Source: the human T2T-CHM13v2.0 reference genome, Homo sapiens
Strand: one strand, 5' to 3'
NCBI RefSeq assembly: GCF_009914755.1
Contig: NC_060926.1
DNA length: 64,000 bases
The notes below the pieces were generated by a model. The model saw nothing but the letters and a program-made list of their open reading frames with translations, searched no databases and had not been told where the DNA came from. Shown here in pieces: positions 1-14,328 of the stretch (position 1 is the first letter of the stretch; every line of letters begins with the position of its first letter). The position numbers and the translations under genes were made by a program.

Positions 1-137
1 GCTAATTTTTTATTTTTAGTAGAGACAGGGTTTCTCCATGTTGGTCAGGCTGGTCTCAAACTCCCAACTTCGGGTGATCCACCCACCTCAGCCTCCCAAA
101 GTGCTGGGATTATAGGCGTGAGCCACTGCACCCGGCC
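1..137 (-). mobile_element. Alu left arm (cut by window edge)
   Basis: Antisense Alu consensus ending cccggcc. Confidence 0.95.
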
Positions 138-139
138 CT

Positions 140-720
140 AAAATTTCTTTCAGCAATACTTTGTAGTATTTAGTTTACACATCTTGCACATATTTCATTA
201 TATGTATTCCTACGTTATGTTTCTCAATGCTATTATAAATGGTATTGCTTTTTAAAATTTCATTTCCTAATTGCTGCTAATATACAGAAATGCCACTGAT
301 TTTTTTAAAGTGATCTATGTCCTGCAATACTGCTAACTTTGTTAGTTCTAGTACTTTGCTTTGTAGATTCCTTAGCATTTTCTATGTACACAATCACGTC
401 ATCTATGAATAAAGAAAATTTTAATATTTCCTTTTCGATCTGAATGCCTTTAATTTCTTTTTCTCGTATTACTGCACTAGCTAGGATCACTAGTAAAATG
501 CTGAATAGATGCACTAAGAGTGACATTCTTGCATTGTTCCCAATATTAAGGTAAAATGTTCAGTCTTTTAACATTAAGTATGATGGTAGCTAGGTAGGTT
601 TTTCATAGATGTGCATTTTCAGATTGAGAAGGTACCCTCTATTCCTAACTTTCTGAGAGTTTTTAAAAATGTGAATTGAGGGTTGAATTTTGTCAAATGC
701 CTAAGATCATTTTCCTTCTC
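140..720 (-). mobile_element. Old L1 (L1M) ORF2 fragment, reverse-transcriptase region
   Basis: ORF 305..526 reads [36 protein letters not shown], a decayed L1 ORF2p RT segment (FADD motif region). Confidence 0.9.
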
Positions 721-1050
721 CTCGAAACATACCCTTTACAAATTCCTTTAGCGAGGTTCCTTTAGTAGTGAGCATTTTTATTCATCTGCAAATGTTTTTG
801 TCTTTGCCTTTCTTGACAGGTATTTTCTCACTGGGTATACAATTTTAGGATTATTATTTTCCTCTCAGTTCTTGGAAGATCGTATTCCACTCTCCTTTGG
901 TTTCTAATGTTGCTCTTCAGAAGTCAGCTCTCTGTGAAATTGTCAATTCTTTGTAAATAATCTTCTATTTGTTTTTAGTATCTTTTCTTTGTCTCTGGGG
1001 TCCTCTAGCTTTACTATGATGTGTGTAGGTATGAATTTTCTTTTAGATTC

Positions 1051-1354
1051 TTTTTTTTTTTTTTTTTTTTTGAGACAGAGTGTTGCTCTGTCGCCTAGGC
1101 TGGAGTGCAGTGGTGCGATCTCAGCTCAATTGCAACCTCCATCTCTTGGGTTCAAGTGATTCTTGTGCTTCAGTCTCCCAAGTAGCTGGGACTACAGGCA
1201 CGCATCACCACACCTGGCTAATTTTTGTATTTTTAGTAGAGATGGGGCTTCACCATGTTGGCCAGCCTGGTCTCGAACGCCTGACCTCAAGTGATCTGCC
1301 CACCTTGACCTCTCAAAGTGCTGGGATTACAGGCATGAGCCACCATGCCCGGCC
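1051..1354 (-). mobile_element. AluS
   Basis: Full dimer, poly(T), TSD tagattctt. Confidence 0.95.
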
Positions 1355-1695
1355 TAGATTCTTAATTAAGATTTGTTGACCACTGCTATGAACTTGGGAC
1401 AATTTCCATTCATTATCTTTTGGCCTTACCAAGAATTTTTTTTATTTTGTCCTTCTGGAATTCCAATTATCTGTAGGTTTATAATCTCTAAATCTAATCT
1501 GATATTTACCTTATCTAATTGAGGTTTCTATTTTTTTTTTAATTCCTAGTTTTATTTGATTCCTTTTCAGATTTTCTGGTAATTTTTATATTCTTTTGTT
1601 TCTCCATACTTTATACTTTTAACATACTCCTTTTTTAAAAAAATATTTACTTTATATGCTGTATTTGATAGTTCACACTCTTTGTAGGACTTTAA

Positions 1696-2148
<453 letters not shown>

Positions 2149-2383
2149 TGACAGGTTTCTGGGAGCACCACCCAAATAGAGAAGCTTTAAATTTAATTAA
2201 ATTCCTGAGTTGGGATTTGGGGGCTAAAAATATGGTATAAATTCTGGTTTCAAACCCATGTGAAAGTGGGCCTGTGGTTAGGAATTTCTCTTTTAGGCCT
2301 TTGTTCTTTGTAATTATAAATTATAACATGCTTCTACGCTGATTTTCTCAAAGGGGCAGGAATAAAATGTTTATGTTTCCTAC

Positions 2384-2482
2384 CTGACAACTTGGTAAAT
2401 GTGAGAGGGAATTTGAGGTGATCAGCTTATAAATTAGAGTGCCCACACAACCAGATGAACAATACATATTAATGTCCTAAAC
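2384..2482 (-). ncRNA. Candidate internal non-coding exon (99 nt)
   Basis: Minus-strand acceptor ttttgtgtttccatatag|G and donor CAG|gtagga in unique DNA; stops in all three frames. Confidence 0.45.
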
Positions 2483-2638
2483 CTATATGGAAACACAAAA
2501 GATTTTCTTAAAAGGTATTCTTTTGTTCAGCATCGTACCATTTATTTGTATTTATTCACTTCATTTATGTGAGAAATGCATAGATTATGTCAATATAAAT
2601 CAGTTTCATACCCTAAATTCACGTTGGTTCAAATTTAA

Positions 2639-2932
<294 letters not shown>

Positions 2933-4744
2933 ATCGGGTTACTTTTTTAATGCTTCCATATGGAACTGATACTTCATACAGTATCAGTTTTAGATTTTAA
3001 GCTTTCAATAGGGCTGAGCTCACTCAGATAACATCAGTAGCAGTTTAATCAATTTCTCAAAATGAAGACTTTAAAAATTCATCTCAATAAACTCTATGGA
3101 GAAGCTCTTCACAAGAATGTTTTCCTTGTGATAAACTGGACACAGGAAATGAGTGAAAAATAACAGCTGGATTTATATAGAATTAAACATGAGGTGGTCA
3201 CAGCTTAGAAGAAATAACTAAAGGGAAAAAAGAAGTCCCTTAAATTCCAAAACAATTCTATTTAAAAAAGTGAAAAACCAAGGATGTAGATTATTCAATA
3301 CAATTTAACTGAACATTTCTTTAAATTCATGCTTGGAGCCAAAGTCTCCAGTTTTACCCTTAGGATTATTCCATTAACATGATCCAAAGGGGAAAAAGCG
3401 AGACAAAAGAAAAGGGCCACTTTACACCAAAGGAGATGCCTTATTCCAACCTTATCTTGACTTCCAGGATTATTTCTGGTAGTAAAAGACAAACTTCTCT
3501 CCAAAAACTCATAAAAAATACAGATTTTTACAGTTTGAGTAACTACTCTTTGGTTGCCTTCCAAAGCGTCAGTAGGACCAGCAAAAGCATACCAAATCAA
3601 CAAGCAAGGTCCTATAATGTGACCTTGAACAGAGGGACTACAAGAAAGTTGCTGAATTTAACCTAATTCAACTAGAATTTACAATTGTGCTCCATCCTCT
3701 AGAAACACAAATCAGTATAAAGTTCAGTCCCACAAACACATGGAATCTGCCAGGCACTAAAGATGTACAATCCCAGCCCTTAAAAAGTTGAAGGTGCAAA
3801 GAAAGTGCTTACAATCTTCAAGAAGTCCTGGTTTAATACATACTCAAGAAATCCTTAAGGAAAGAGATAGCATTTTATTGGATGATCAAATGACTGATAA
3901 AACAATAAGAGCTCAAGGAATTTAGGAATGCAAAGAAGAGATCCATATGAGTTAGCTACTTGGAGGGTTTAAGGAAGGTTGCATGGACATACCAGGATTT
4001 AAACTGGACTCCAGGATATAGAAAACCTGTAAATCTGAAAGAGACAAGTAGGACATTCAGGAAAGCAGGTAGCCGGGCTGGGACATCATGAGCTAGCTTG
4101 GTGGAAAGGGCAATAAAGTTTTAAAGGGTAGGAAGGCAGCAGGTCTGGCAGAGCAGAGGCTTTGTCCTCCATAAATTAGTAGTAGAAGATAAGATTCCAA
4201 AAGTAAGGTGGGTCCCGATTACACAGGCCTTGAATTCCAGCACGAGGAGTGCCTCCTTCATTCTACAGGCAGTGAGGTTTTGTAGATTTTTAAATAGGGA
4301 AGTAATATGACAAAGGCAGTGACTCAAGAAGATTAATTTGTTAGAAATATGTAGACAGATCAGAGTTTTGAGAAGAATGAAAGAGAGCTAACACAGCAGG
4401 TTCTAAACTCAGGCACCAGTCAAAAGTGGGCAATGTGAAGACTTGCAAAGGTGCGGAGAAATATTCAAATTATTCTAAATTGCAGTCAGTATACAAATCC
4501 TATTAAGAAATTCCATTCAAATGAAATACAATCCTGAGGCTCAATGTCTGCATGAAATTATATTACAGGTATAACTTAGGTTTAGATAGGGAAGAAATAA
4601 ATGTCAAAGAGAAGCAAATTTCTCCAATACTATGAATGATTACTTTTTAAGGATTTTTAAAACAATCATAATGAACTAGAGAACCATTGCTTTCAACTTC
4701 AATTTTTGAATTATTGGTCTAGCACTGTAAAAACACAGGAAATA

Positions 4745-5071
<327 letters not shown>

Positions 5072-5189
5072 CCCCACAAGAAATAAAGCCTGCCTCATTC
5101 TGACACACTGATATCATTTAATAACCTGAATGCCTCATGAATATCACTACTATTAGTAAGTCATGAACACATATAGATACACATGCAGT

Positions 5190-5830
5190 TATGCATTCTG
5201 TAAGTATTTAAGATCTACTATCTGCCAGACCCACGCCAGATAGGGAGATAGAGCAGGAAGTAAAATAAAGTCCTTGTCTCTGGCAGTAAAATGAGTTTGG
5301 TGGGGAAAAAAAAAAAAAAGCCTTGCTTTCAAAGAACTTACAGTCTAATAGGGTAGAGATTATAAACAAATACAAAAATGAATTTTTAAAATGTCATATA
5401 ATGGCAAGTGTCATGCAGAAACTGAAACAAGGTAAGAGGAAACAGAGTGACTGATGGTGCTATTTTAGATAAAAAAGTTACAGAAAGTATCTCTGAGAAG
5501 CTAACATTTAAGGAGAGATCTGAATAACATAAACAAATAAGCCATGTGAGTATGAGGATGAGGGGCACATCAGGCAAAGGAACCAGTAGTTGCAAAGGCC
5601 CTGAGGTGGACGCACACTTGGTATTTGCAAGGAACAAAACCAGAATAACAAAGGAGGATAGAGCAATGGGAAAGTGGCAGGAAATAAAGTTAGAGAGGTT
5701 GCCAGGAACCAGATTTTATGGGGCCTTGTAGACCATTGTATAGACTTCGGCTTTTAAGTGTAAGGGGAAGTCACTGAAGGGATAAAAGCCCCCCCACCCC
5801 CCACAAAAACAAAAAAAGACATGTGCTGGG
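5190..5830 (-). mobile_element. L2 fragment
   Basis: Antisense L2 3' motifs (ctactatctgccag; tgcaaaggccctgagg). Confidence 0.7.
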
Positions 5831-5984
5831 TTATGTCATAGGACAAATATATTGTAGTGCTAAACGAATTTACTAGATCTGAATTTTCATCTCTGAATTT
5901 TCTTTGCATACATCTAACACCCTTTTAGGAACAGATGATTTGTATTGTAAGTTCACATAAAAAGAAACATCTTTGAAAAAAATC

Positions 5985-6284
5985 TTTTTTTTTTTTTTTT
6001 TTTTTGGTGGGGACAGAGTCTTGCTCTGTCACCCACGCTGGAGTGCAGTGGCTCTCGGCTACTGAAACCTCCACCTCCCGAATTCAAGCGATTCTTGTGC
6101 CTCAGCCTCCTGAGTAGCTGGGATTGCAGGCCCCACCTCCACGCCTGGCTAATTTTTGTATTTTTAGTAGAGATGAGGTTTCACCGTGTTGGCCAGGCTG
6201 GTCTCCAACTCCTGACCTAAACTGATCCGCCTGCCTTGGCCTCCCAAAGTGCTGGGATTACAGGCGTGAGTCACCGCGCCCAGC
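5985..6284 (-). mobile_element. AluS
   Basis: Full dimer, TSD-like tgaaaaatctt. Confidence 0.95.
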
Positions 6285-6539
6285 TGAAAAATCTTAAAAG
6301 GATTTTTCATTGACATTATTATCATTAAGCAGGATATAAAAGTGGGTTGAATCAAAGGGAATATATCCACAGTTGTGGCTACTGCTAAGGATTTGTTATA
6401 CATAGAAGATGACTGTGCCCTATACAGGACTCAATGCAAACACAGAAGGCAAGAAAAACAAAAAGCAGAACAAACACACCGAAAAAAAACAAGGGAGAAG
6501 AAAGGTAGAGTATGAGAAGGAAGAAGAGGAGAATTGCTC

Positions 6540-6872
6540 AACAGATTTAATAGAATCCCTATCAAAATCTTTTGTTAAAATTGACAGGTATAGACTAAAA
6601 TGTGTGTGGAAATGCAAAGGATTAAAATACCCAAAACAATTTTGAAAAAGAAGAGAACTTACACTACCCAATTTCAAAACTTACTGTTAAGTTATAGTAA
6701 CCAAGATCATATGGTACAGCTATAAGGACAGATACACACATAGGTCAATGGGACAGAATTGAGAAATAAACTCATATTTATAGTCGGTTGATTTTGACAA
6801 AGATGGCAAGACAACTCAATGGTGCAAGGAATGGTCTTTTCAACAACTGGTGCTTAGACAAGTGGATATCCA
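6540..6872 (+). mobile_element. L1M ORF2 3' fragment
   Basis: L1 motifs acactacccaatttcaaaacttact and gtcttttcaacaactggtgct. Confidence 0.8.
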
Positions 6873-6875
6873 TGC

Positions 6876-7189
<314 letters not shown>

Positions 7190-7549
7190 TAAGATGTTAA
7201 CAACAGGGGAAACTAAGTGCAGGGTGTACAGAAACTCTGTCCTATTTATGAAACTTCTGTAAATCTAAAACTAAAATAAAAAGTTTATGTAAATATTTTT
7301 AAGTAGGCAAAATATCTAAATAGACAATTGTACCAAAGAAGATATGTGGATGGTTAATATGTACATGATAAGGTACTCAATATCATTAGTCATTAGGGAA
7401 ATACGAATTAAAACTACAGTAAGATCCTACCACTCACTAACTAGGATGGCTATAGTCCAAAGAATGACAATATACCAAGTGCTGATGAGAATGTGGAGAG
7501 ACTGGAACTCTTAAGTATTGCTGGTGGGACTGTAAAATAGTCCTGTCAC

Positions 7550-7855
7550 TTTCTTTCTTTCTTTGTTGAGACAGGGTTTCACTCTGTCATCCAGGCTGGA
7601 GTGCAGTGGTATAATCCTGGCTCACTGCAGCCTCAACCTCCCAGGCTCAAGTCATCCTTCTACCTCAGCCACCTGAGTAGCTGGGACCACAGGCATGCAT
7701 CACCCCACCCCGCTAATTTTTTTGTATCTTTTTTAAGTAGAGACGGGGTTTTGCCATGTTGCCCATGTTGGTCTCGAACTCCTGGCCTCAAGCAATCCTC
7801 CCACCCCAGACTCCCAAAGTGCTGGGATTACAGGTGTGAGCCACCGTGCCCGGCC
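7550..7855 (-). mobile_element. AluJ
   Basis: J-type cagcctcaacctcccaggctcaag. Confidence 0.9.
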
Positions 7856-7910
7856 TCCCATCACTTTAGAAAACAGTTTGGCAGTTTCTTAAAATATTCA
7901 ACATACCCTT

Positions 7911-8212
7911 GGCTGGGCATGGTGGCTCACGCCTGTAATCCCAGCACTTTGGGAGGCTGAGGCAAGCAGATCACCTGAGGTCAGGAGTTCGAGACCAGCC
8001 TGGCCAACATGGTGAAACCCCGTCTCTACTAAAAATACAAAAATTAGCTGGGCGTGGTGGTGGGCGCCTGTAATCCCAGCTATCTGGTAGGCTGAGGAAG
8101 GAGAATCACTTGAACCCAGGAGACAGAAGTTACAATGAGCCAAAGACCGTGCCATTGCACTCCAGCCTGGGCAACAACAGCAAAACCCTGTATCCAAAAA
8201 AAAAATAAAAAA
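7911..8212 (+). mobile_element. AluS
   Basis: Full dimer, head-to-head with the preceding Alu. Confidence 0.95.
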
Positions 8213-9797
8213 GTTAAACATATGCTTGCACTGCATGACTCAGCAGTTCTACTCCCAGATATGTACTAAAGACAAATGAAAACATATGTCTACAGAAAGA
8301 CATGAATGTTCATAGCAGCGTTATTCATAAGAGTCAAAAACTAAAAATGAGACCAATGTTCATCAACTGGTGAATGGATAACAAAATGTGATCTATTCAT
8401 GCAAAGGATATTTTCAACATTAAAAAGAATGACCTATTTATTCTTGAAACAAATGGATAAACCCCAAAAATATTATGCTAAATGAAATAAGTCAGAAACA
8501 AAAGACTACATATTGTACGATTCTGTTTATGTGTAATTTCTAGAAAAAGCAGGAAGTAGTTTGGTGATTGCCTTAGGGCTGGAAGTGGGAGCTGGGATTG
8601 ACTACAAATGGATAGGAGGGAACTTTTTGGATGATGGAAATATTCTTAAACAGGATGGTGGCAATGGTTGCAAAATTGTATAAATTAACTGAAAATAATT
8701 TAACTGTCACAGTGGGTGAAATTTACAGAACATAAATTACACCTCAAAAAAAAAGACAAATCAAAATCACAATGAGATATTACTCCATACCCATTACGAT
8801 GGCTACTATAAAAACAAATCAACATAGAATAACAAGTGTTGGCAAGGATGTGCAAAGTTGGAACTCTTTTGCAGTACTAGTGAGATTATAAAATGGTGCA
8901 ATCTCTGTAAAAAACAATATGAGGGTTCCTCGAATCCTCAAACAATTAAAAATTGAACATATGATCCAGCAATCCCACTACCAGGAATACATACAAAAGA
9001 ACTGAAAGCAGGGTTTCCAAGAGATCCATGTTCATAACAGCACTATTCACAATAGCCCAGAGGTGAAAGCCACCCAAAATAATATTCCATTGTATGTAGG
9101 TACCACATCTTACCAACGGTGGATGAATGGATGAGCAAAATATGGTATCTACATACAATGAATATCATTCAGCCTTAGAAAGGAAGGAAATCCTGTCACA
9201 CGCTGCAACACAGATACTGCAACACAGAACCTTGAGGGCATTATACTAAGTGAAATAAGCCAGTCACAAAAAGACAAATACCATATGATTCCACTCACAT
9301 GAGGTATGTAAAGCAGTCAAATTAATAGAAACATAAAGTAGAACGGTGGTCACAGGGGGTGGAGGGAAAGGGCATTGCTGTTTAACGGGTATGGAAAAAG
9401 TTCTGAAGATCTGTTTAACAACAACACGATTACACTTGCCATTACTGAACTGTACGCTTAAAAACCGTACACTTAAAAGAATTAAGATAGTTAATTTTAT
9501 ATTATTTTTTTATCCACAATAAAAAAAAAGAATACTAAGGGATGATGATTTGTGAAGTTTTGTGAGATTTTGAGTTTAAAAGCAGAGAGCTTTATAGTAG
9601 GATAATGGCAAACAGGGTGAGAAAATCTCAAGGGCAGAGTGAAACTCAGCAGAACAAAGTCATAGCCACTTGTAAATAATCACCCTCCTTGGACTAAAGC
9701 TTGATGGTTCTGAGTTTTGTTGTATTACATAATGCTGTTTCTCCTCACTGCACCATACTCATCACATTTACTGTTCACATAAGCATCCCTCTGTCTC

Positions 9798-9930
9798 TCA
9801 CACACACACACAGAGGTACCACACATATATATGCACATGTGTGAGTTTGTGAGTGCAAGTTCCCGTCTCCCTCACCCCAACACACACACACTCACACTCA
9901 CGTACACACACACATGCACACACACATACA
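9798..9930. repeat. Interrupted (CA)n microsatellites
   Basis: Several CA runs visible. Confidence 0.85.
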
Positions 9931-10162
9931 TACTGAGGTTCAGGCAAAAACGTTATCCTATTTCTAGGACTGTCTTAGATGATGCATAGCCCTCTTTGCT
10001 CTTTCTTTCCTTTTTGGAGAGGTATAATTCCAGGGCTAGTAAGCAACCTTAAGCTCAGAAGAATGATTCTGGGACTTTCAGCCTGAAACGGAGCAAAACA
10101 GGTAACATTCATACCAGGACATAGTGAAGCTCAAGGCCCTAAGACAACCCTGTATTCCTCAC

Positions 10163-10249
10163 CTTCTAGGTTTTCAAATTCATCCCAGCAAAATGCAAGC
10201 CAGAAAGAGTATCAGATGAGCTGTGACCTAATGGCCTTCACATTCTAGG
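10163..10249 (-). ncRNA. Candidate internal exon (87 nt)
   Basis: Acceptor ctttttgttctcctgtatatatag|C and donor GAAG|gtgagg in unique DNA. Confidence 0.3.
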
Positions 10250-10384
10250 CTATATATACAGGAGAACAAAAAGCAACTCTTCTTTTACCAAAAAGACAAA
10301 TTGAATAGACCCCAAGGTGCCTAATGGCCCACTGGTAAGCAAAATCATGTCACCAACGGTAAGTTTTTCAAAATCATTACAGCA

Positions 10385-10756
10385 GGCCAGGCACAGTGGC
10401 TCATGTCTATAATCCAGTGCTATGGGAGGCTGAGGTGTGAGGACTTCTTGAGGCCAGGAGTTCAAGACTAGCGTGGGCAACATAGCAAGACCCCATCACT
10501 TCAAAAAAATATAAAAATTAGCCAGGCGTGGTGACATGTGCCTGTAGTCCTAGCTACTTGGGAGGCTGAGACAGGAGGATCTCTTGAGCCCAGGAGTTTT
10601 GAGGTTACAATGAGCTGTGATCATGTCACTGAACTTTAGCCTCGGTGACAGATCAAGACCCTGTTTCTACTTTTTTTTTTTTTTTTTTTTACTTTTGTTT
10701 TCTCACTCTGTCTTATGGTGCTGACCCTGTCTCTAAAAAACAAATAACCCAAAAAA
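10385..10756 (+). mobile_element. AluJ with a small antisense insert near its 3' end
   Basis: J-type dimer, TSD aaaatcattacagca; insert at 10670-10722. Confidence 0.9.
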
Positions 10757-10817
10757 TCATTACAGCAAAATGCAAGACAATTAATATCAGATGAGCTATG
10801 ATCTAGGAATCAAAGTA

Positions 10818-11044
10818 CAAGTTGAGAATCCCTTATCCAAAATGCTTGGGACCAGAGTGTTTCATATTTTGGATTTTGGAATATTTGCATTCTATTTACC
10901 CTGGTTGACCATGCGAATTCCAAAAATCTACAGTCTGAGATGCACCAGTGAGCATTTCCTTGGACTGTCACGTCGGCACTCAAAAAGTTTCGGATTTTGG
11001 AGCATTCCAGATTTTGAATTTTCAGATTTGAGATGCTCAACCTG
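10818..11044 (+). mobile_element. Tigger4a-like (MER46) MITE
   Basis: TIRs caagttgagaatcc / gatgctcaacctg; internal aaatgcttgggaccag. Confidence 0.85.
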
Positions 11045-11053
11045 CATATTTAC

Positions 11054-11173
11054 CTGTCAGAAATGGTTCAAGATTACAATCTTCCAAACAGGTTCAGTCT
11101 CAGGAGATCAAGATACCTAGAATGAATCTGATACTCCTTTCAAGCAATTGGAACATCAGATTCACCTAGAGGT
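11054..11173 (-). ncRNA. Candidate internal non-coding exon (120 nt)
   Basis: Acceptor tacttttttcttag|A and donor CAG|gtaaat; stops in all frames. Confidence 0.5.
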
Positions 11174-11404
11174 CTAAGAAAAAAGTATCATCTTGTCAGT
11201 TTCCTCAAATAAGACTCTAGTCTCCCATCAAAAGAAGAAAGCCCAACTCACAATACACACTCAATAAATACTGTGGAAGACAGTGTTTCAACCCAGACTA
11301 ACTTATCAATATTATGAATTCTGTAACACCCGATAATTGGAGAATACAATAAAACCAATTAATAACTCTCTTCAGAAAAAAAAAATTGGCTTATTAAAGT
11401 TGTA

Positions 11405-11697
<293 letters not shown>

Positions 11698-12535
11698 TTA
11701 AAAATGGCTGTAAACAGCAAGGCAATTCACCATAAGTGCCCTTGTCACAAAAGCCATTTTTAACTCCAGACTCATCCATCATTTTAAAAGAAGTGTCACA
11801 AAAATGTGCTTTAATAATTAAACAACATAAACAAGAAGTTAGACTTGTTCTTTCACAGGGTTACAAATGGTCTTATATTATTCCTGGTCTGGTGAATTCT
11901 GCTGATATATTTAAAGTTGTTATGAATAAGTAGAAAACAAGCATATTTGTGTTTTACCAAAAAGTTCATAAGCACTGATAGCACCGATACTTAAAGCATA
12001 ATTGTCTAAAGTTCAAAAAGAAGATTTATGAGGTATAGGAAAAAAACAACAAAGAGAACAGATTTTTTAAGTTCATATCAAAGTAATGTATACACAGAGT
12101 CTAAGTCAGTATTAAACAGAAGAGCAGTTAAAATAGAACAAATTAGAGCCACATTAAAGTATTACTGTAATTACAGTTTTATAATTACAGTATAATTTAA
12201 ATAACAGTATAACAGTATTTTTTAATTATCTAGGTTAATTCTGTTTTGATGCAATGTGCGGAGAAAATTGGTTGGCTTAGCTGTTCAAACATGCTATATA
12301 TTTATGTATGCAAAGGATGCAAGAAACAAATAAAAGACTTTCTGTCAGTAAGAGGCAGTCTGGTTTCTAGGTAACAAATTTTATCTGAGTCCTTCAGCAA
12401 AAGGTGTTATCTTCACCGCTGCGTGAAAAAACAACTTGGGCCATCAAACCAAAGATGATGATCATTCAGAAAAAAGAGTCTAAAGAAGCACAAAGTGCCC
12501 TAAATTTGCAGTTTTTAGACACCCTTCTTTGAGAG

Positions 12536-13147
12536 CAGGGGTTGGCAAACTTTTTCAGGGCCAGATAGTAAATAATATAAGCTCTAAGGGCCATTTGGTC
12601 TCAGTCGTTAATGACTCAATTCTGCCACTGGAGCTCGAAAGCATCCATAAACAACATAAAAATGAGTGAGTATGGCTGTGTCCCAATAATTTTTTTTTTT
12701 TTTTTTTTTAAGACAGAGTCTTGCTATGTCACCCAGGATGGAAAGGCACAATCTCGGCTCACTGCAACCTCTGCCTCCCAGGCTCAAGCAATCCTCGTGC
12801 CTCAGCCTCCTGAGTAGCTGAGATTACAGGTGCATGCAACTGTACCCGCCTAATTTTTATTTTTTTAGGAGAGACGGGGTTTCGCTATGTTGGCCATGGT
12901 GGTCTTGAACTCCTGTGATCCACTCCCAACTCAAGTGATCCACTCCCCTTGGCCTCCCAAAATGCTGGGTGAGCCACTGAGGCCAGTCCCAATAAAACTT
13001 TACTTACGGACACTGACGTGATTTTCATGTAAGTTTCACTTTACAAAATATTCTTATTTCTCTTCAAACATTTAAAAATGTAAAGGTCTTGTTAGATCAT
13101 GAGGGACAGGTTGGCCTTAGCCTGCAGGCTATAGTTTGCCCACCCCT
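12536..13147 (+). mobile_element. MER58 (hAT-Charlie) split by an Alu
   Basis: TIRs caggggttggcaaact / tagtttgcccacccct. Confidence 0.85.
12690..12986 (-). mobile_element. Old Alu (J-like) inside MER58
   Basis: TSD gtcccaataa. Confidence 0.9.
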
Positions 13148-13295
13148 ATTAAGATGAATCCCAGGTGTGTGCAGCGGAAGACACTGGGCTCTTTCTCGCT
13201 AGAATTCAGGGTAATAGACACACTAAGCCAACACGTGAAGTTTTGCTTCCCCTCAGAAATAAATCTACACAAACTGAAATGCAATGGTGACTAAC

Positions 13296-13455
13296 CACTA
13301 ATTAAAGAGATTAGGCTTAAGAACTCTGTGGTTAGAAAATTAGCAAGAGCAAATTGCTTGAATTCGGATCACAGGAAGCCTGTTAGAGGCATCCAGAGGT
13401 AGACGTGGTATAAATATGTTTTTGCCAAAAGAAGCAACTCATTTCTCTCAGAGAC
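13296..13455 (-). ncRNA. Candidate exon (acceptor good; 3' end uncertain, may be terminal)
   Basis: Acceptor ttctcttacttccag|G at 13455; possible donor GTG|gttagt at 13296. Confidence 0.4.
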
Positions 13456-13590
13456 CTGGAAGTAAGAGAAGTTGCTAGAGTGCTGATACGTGAATTGGCT
13501 TTGTTTTGAATACACGTCTTGCAATTTATTTGAAAAACCTTGTTTACTCAATATTCTCACCACCCCCCAGAAAGGAACACAAAGAAATAT

Positions 13591-13610
13591 GCCTGACATC
13601 TAGTGGTGGC
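13591..13610 (-). promoter_or_regulatory. CTCF-like motif
   Basis: gccaCCACTAGATGTCAggc, one mismatch from the CCACTAGATGGCA core. Confidence 0.5.
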
Positions 13611-13974
13611 TTTGGGAAACTGTAGGTACATGACTTGTATTACTTTCTGAAAGAAAACCAAAACCAAAACAAAACGCAAAAACATAAATGGTGGGGAGGA
13701 GTCAGATGCCTGTGTATATAAATTGTGTTGGGTATAATTCATTCACTCAATACATTTTAGGTGCCTACCACGCACCAAGCAGTATTTCAGGTAATAGGAA
13801 TTCGGCGGAGAACAAGATAAAGTCCAGCCTTTGTGGAGTTTACATTTTTGTGACATGATTAACTTTATTTGAAGGAAAAGACTTTAAAAGTTTATAGCCT
13901 TCTAGCCACTTAAAAGCACTTTCTCATACATTATCTTAAAAAAATCCTGAGACAATTAAGACAGGTTTTATTAA

Positions 13975-14328
<354 letters not shown>

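Noticed and set aside
305-526. RT-like peptide (also 20418..20795 and 31259..31564)
   Set aside because: Decayed L1 ORF2 remnants with stops and frameshifts; no intact retroelement gene.
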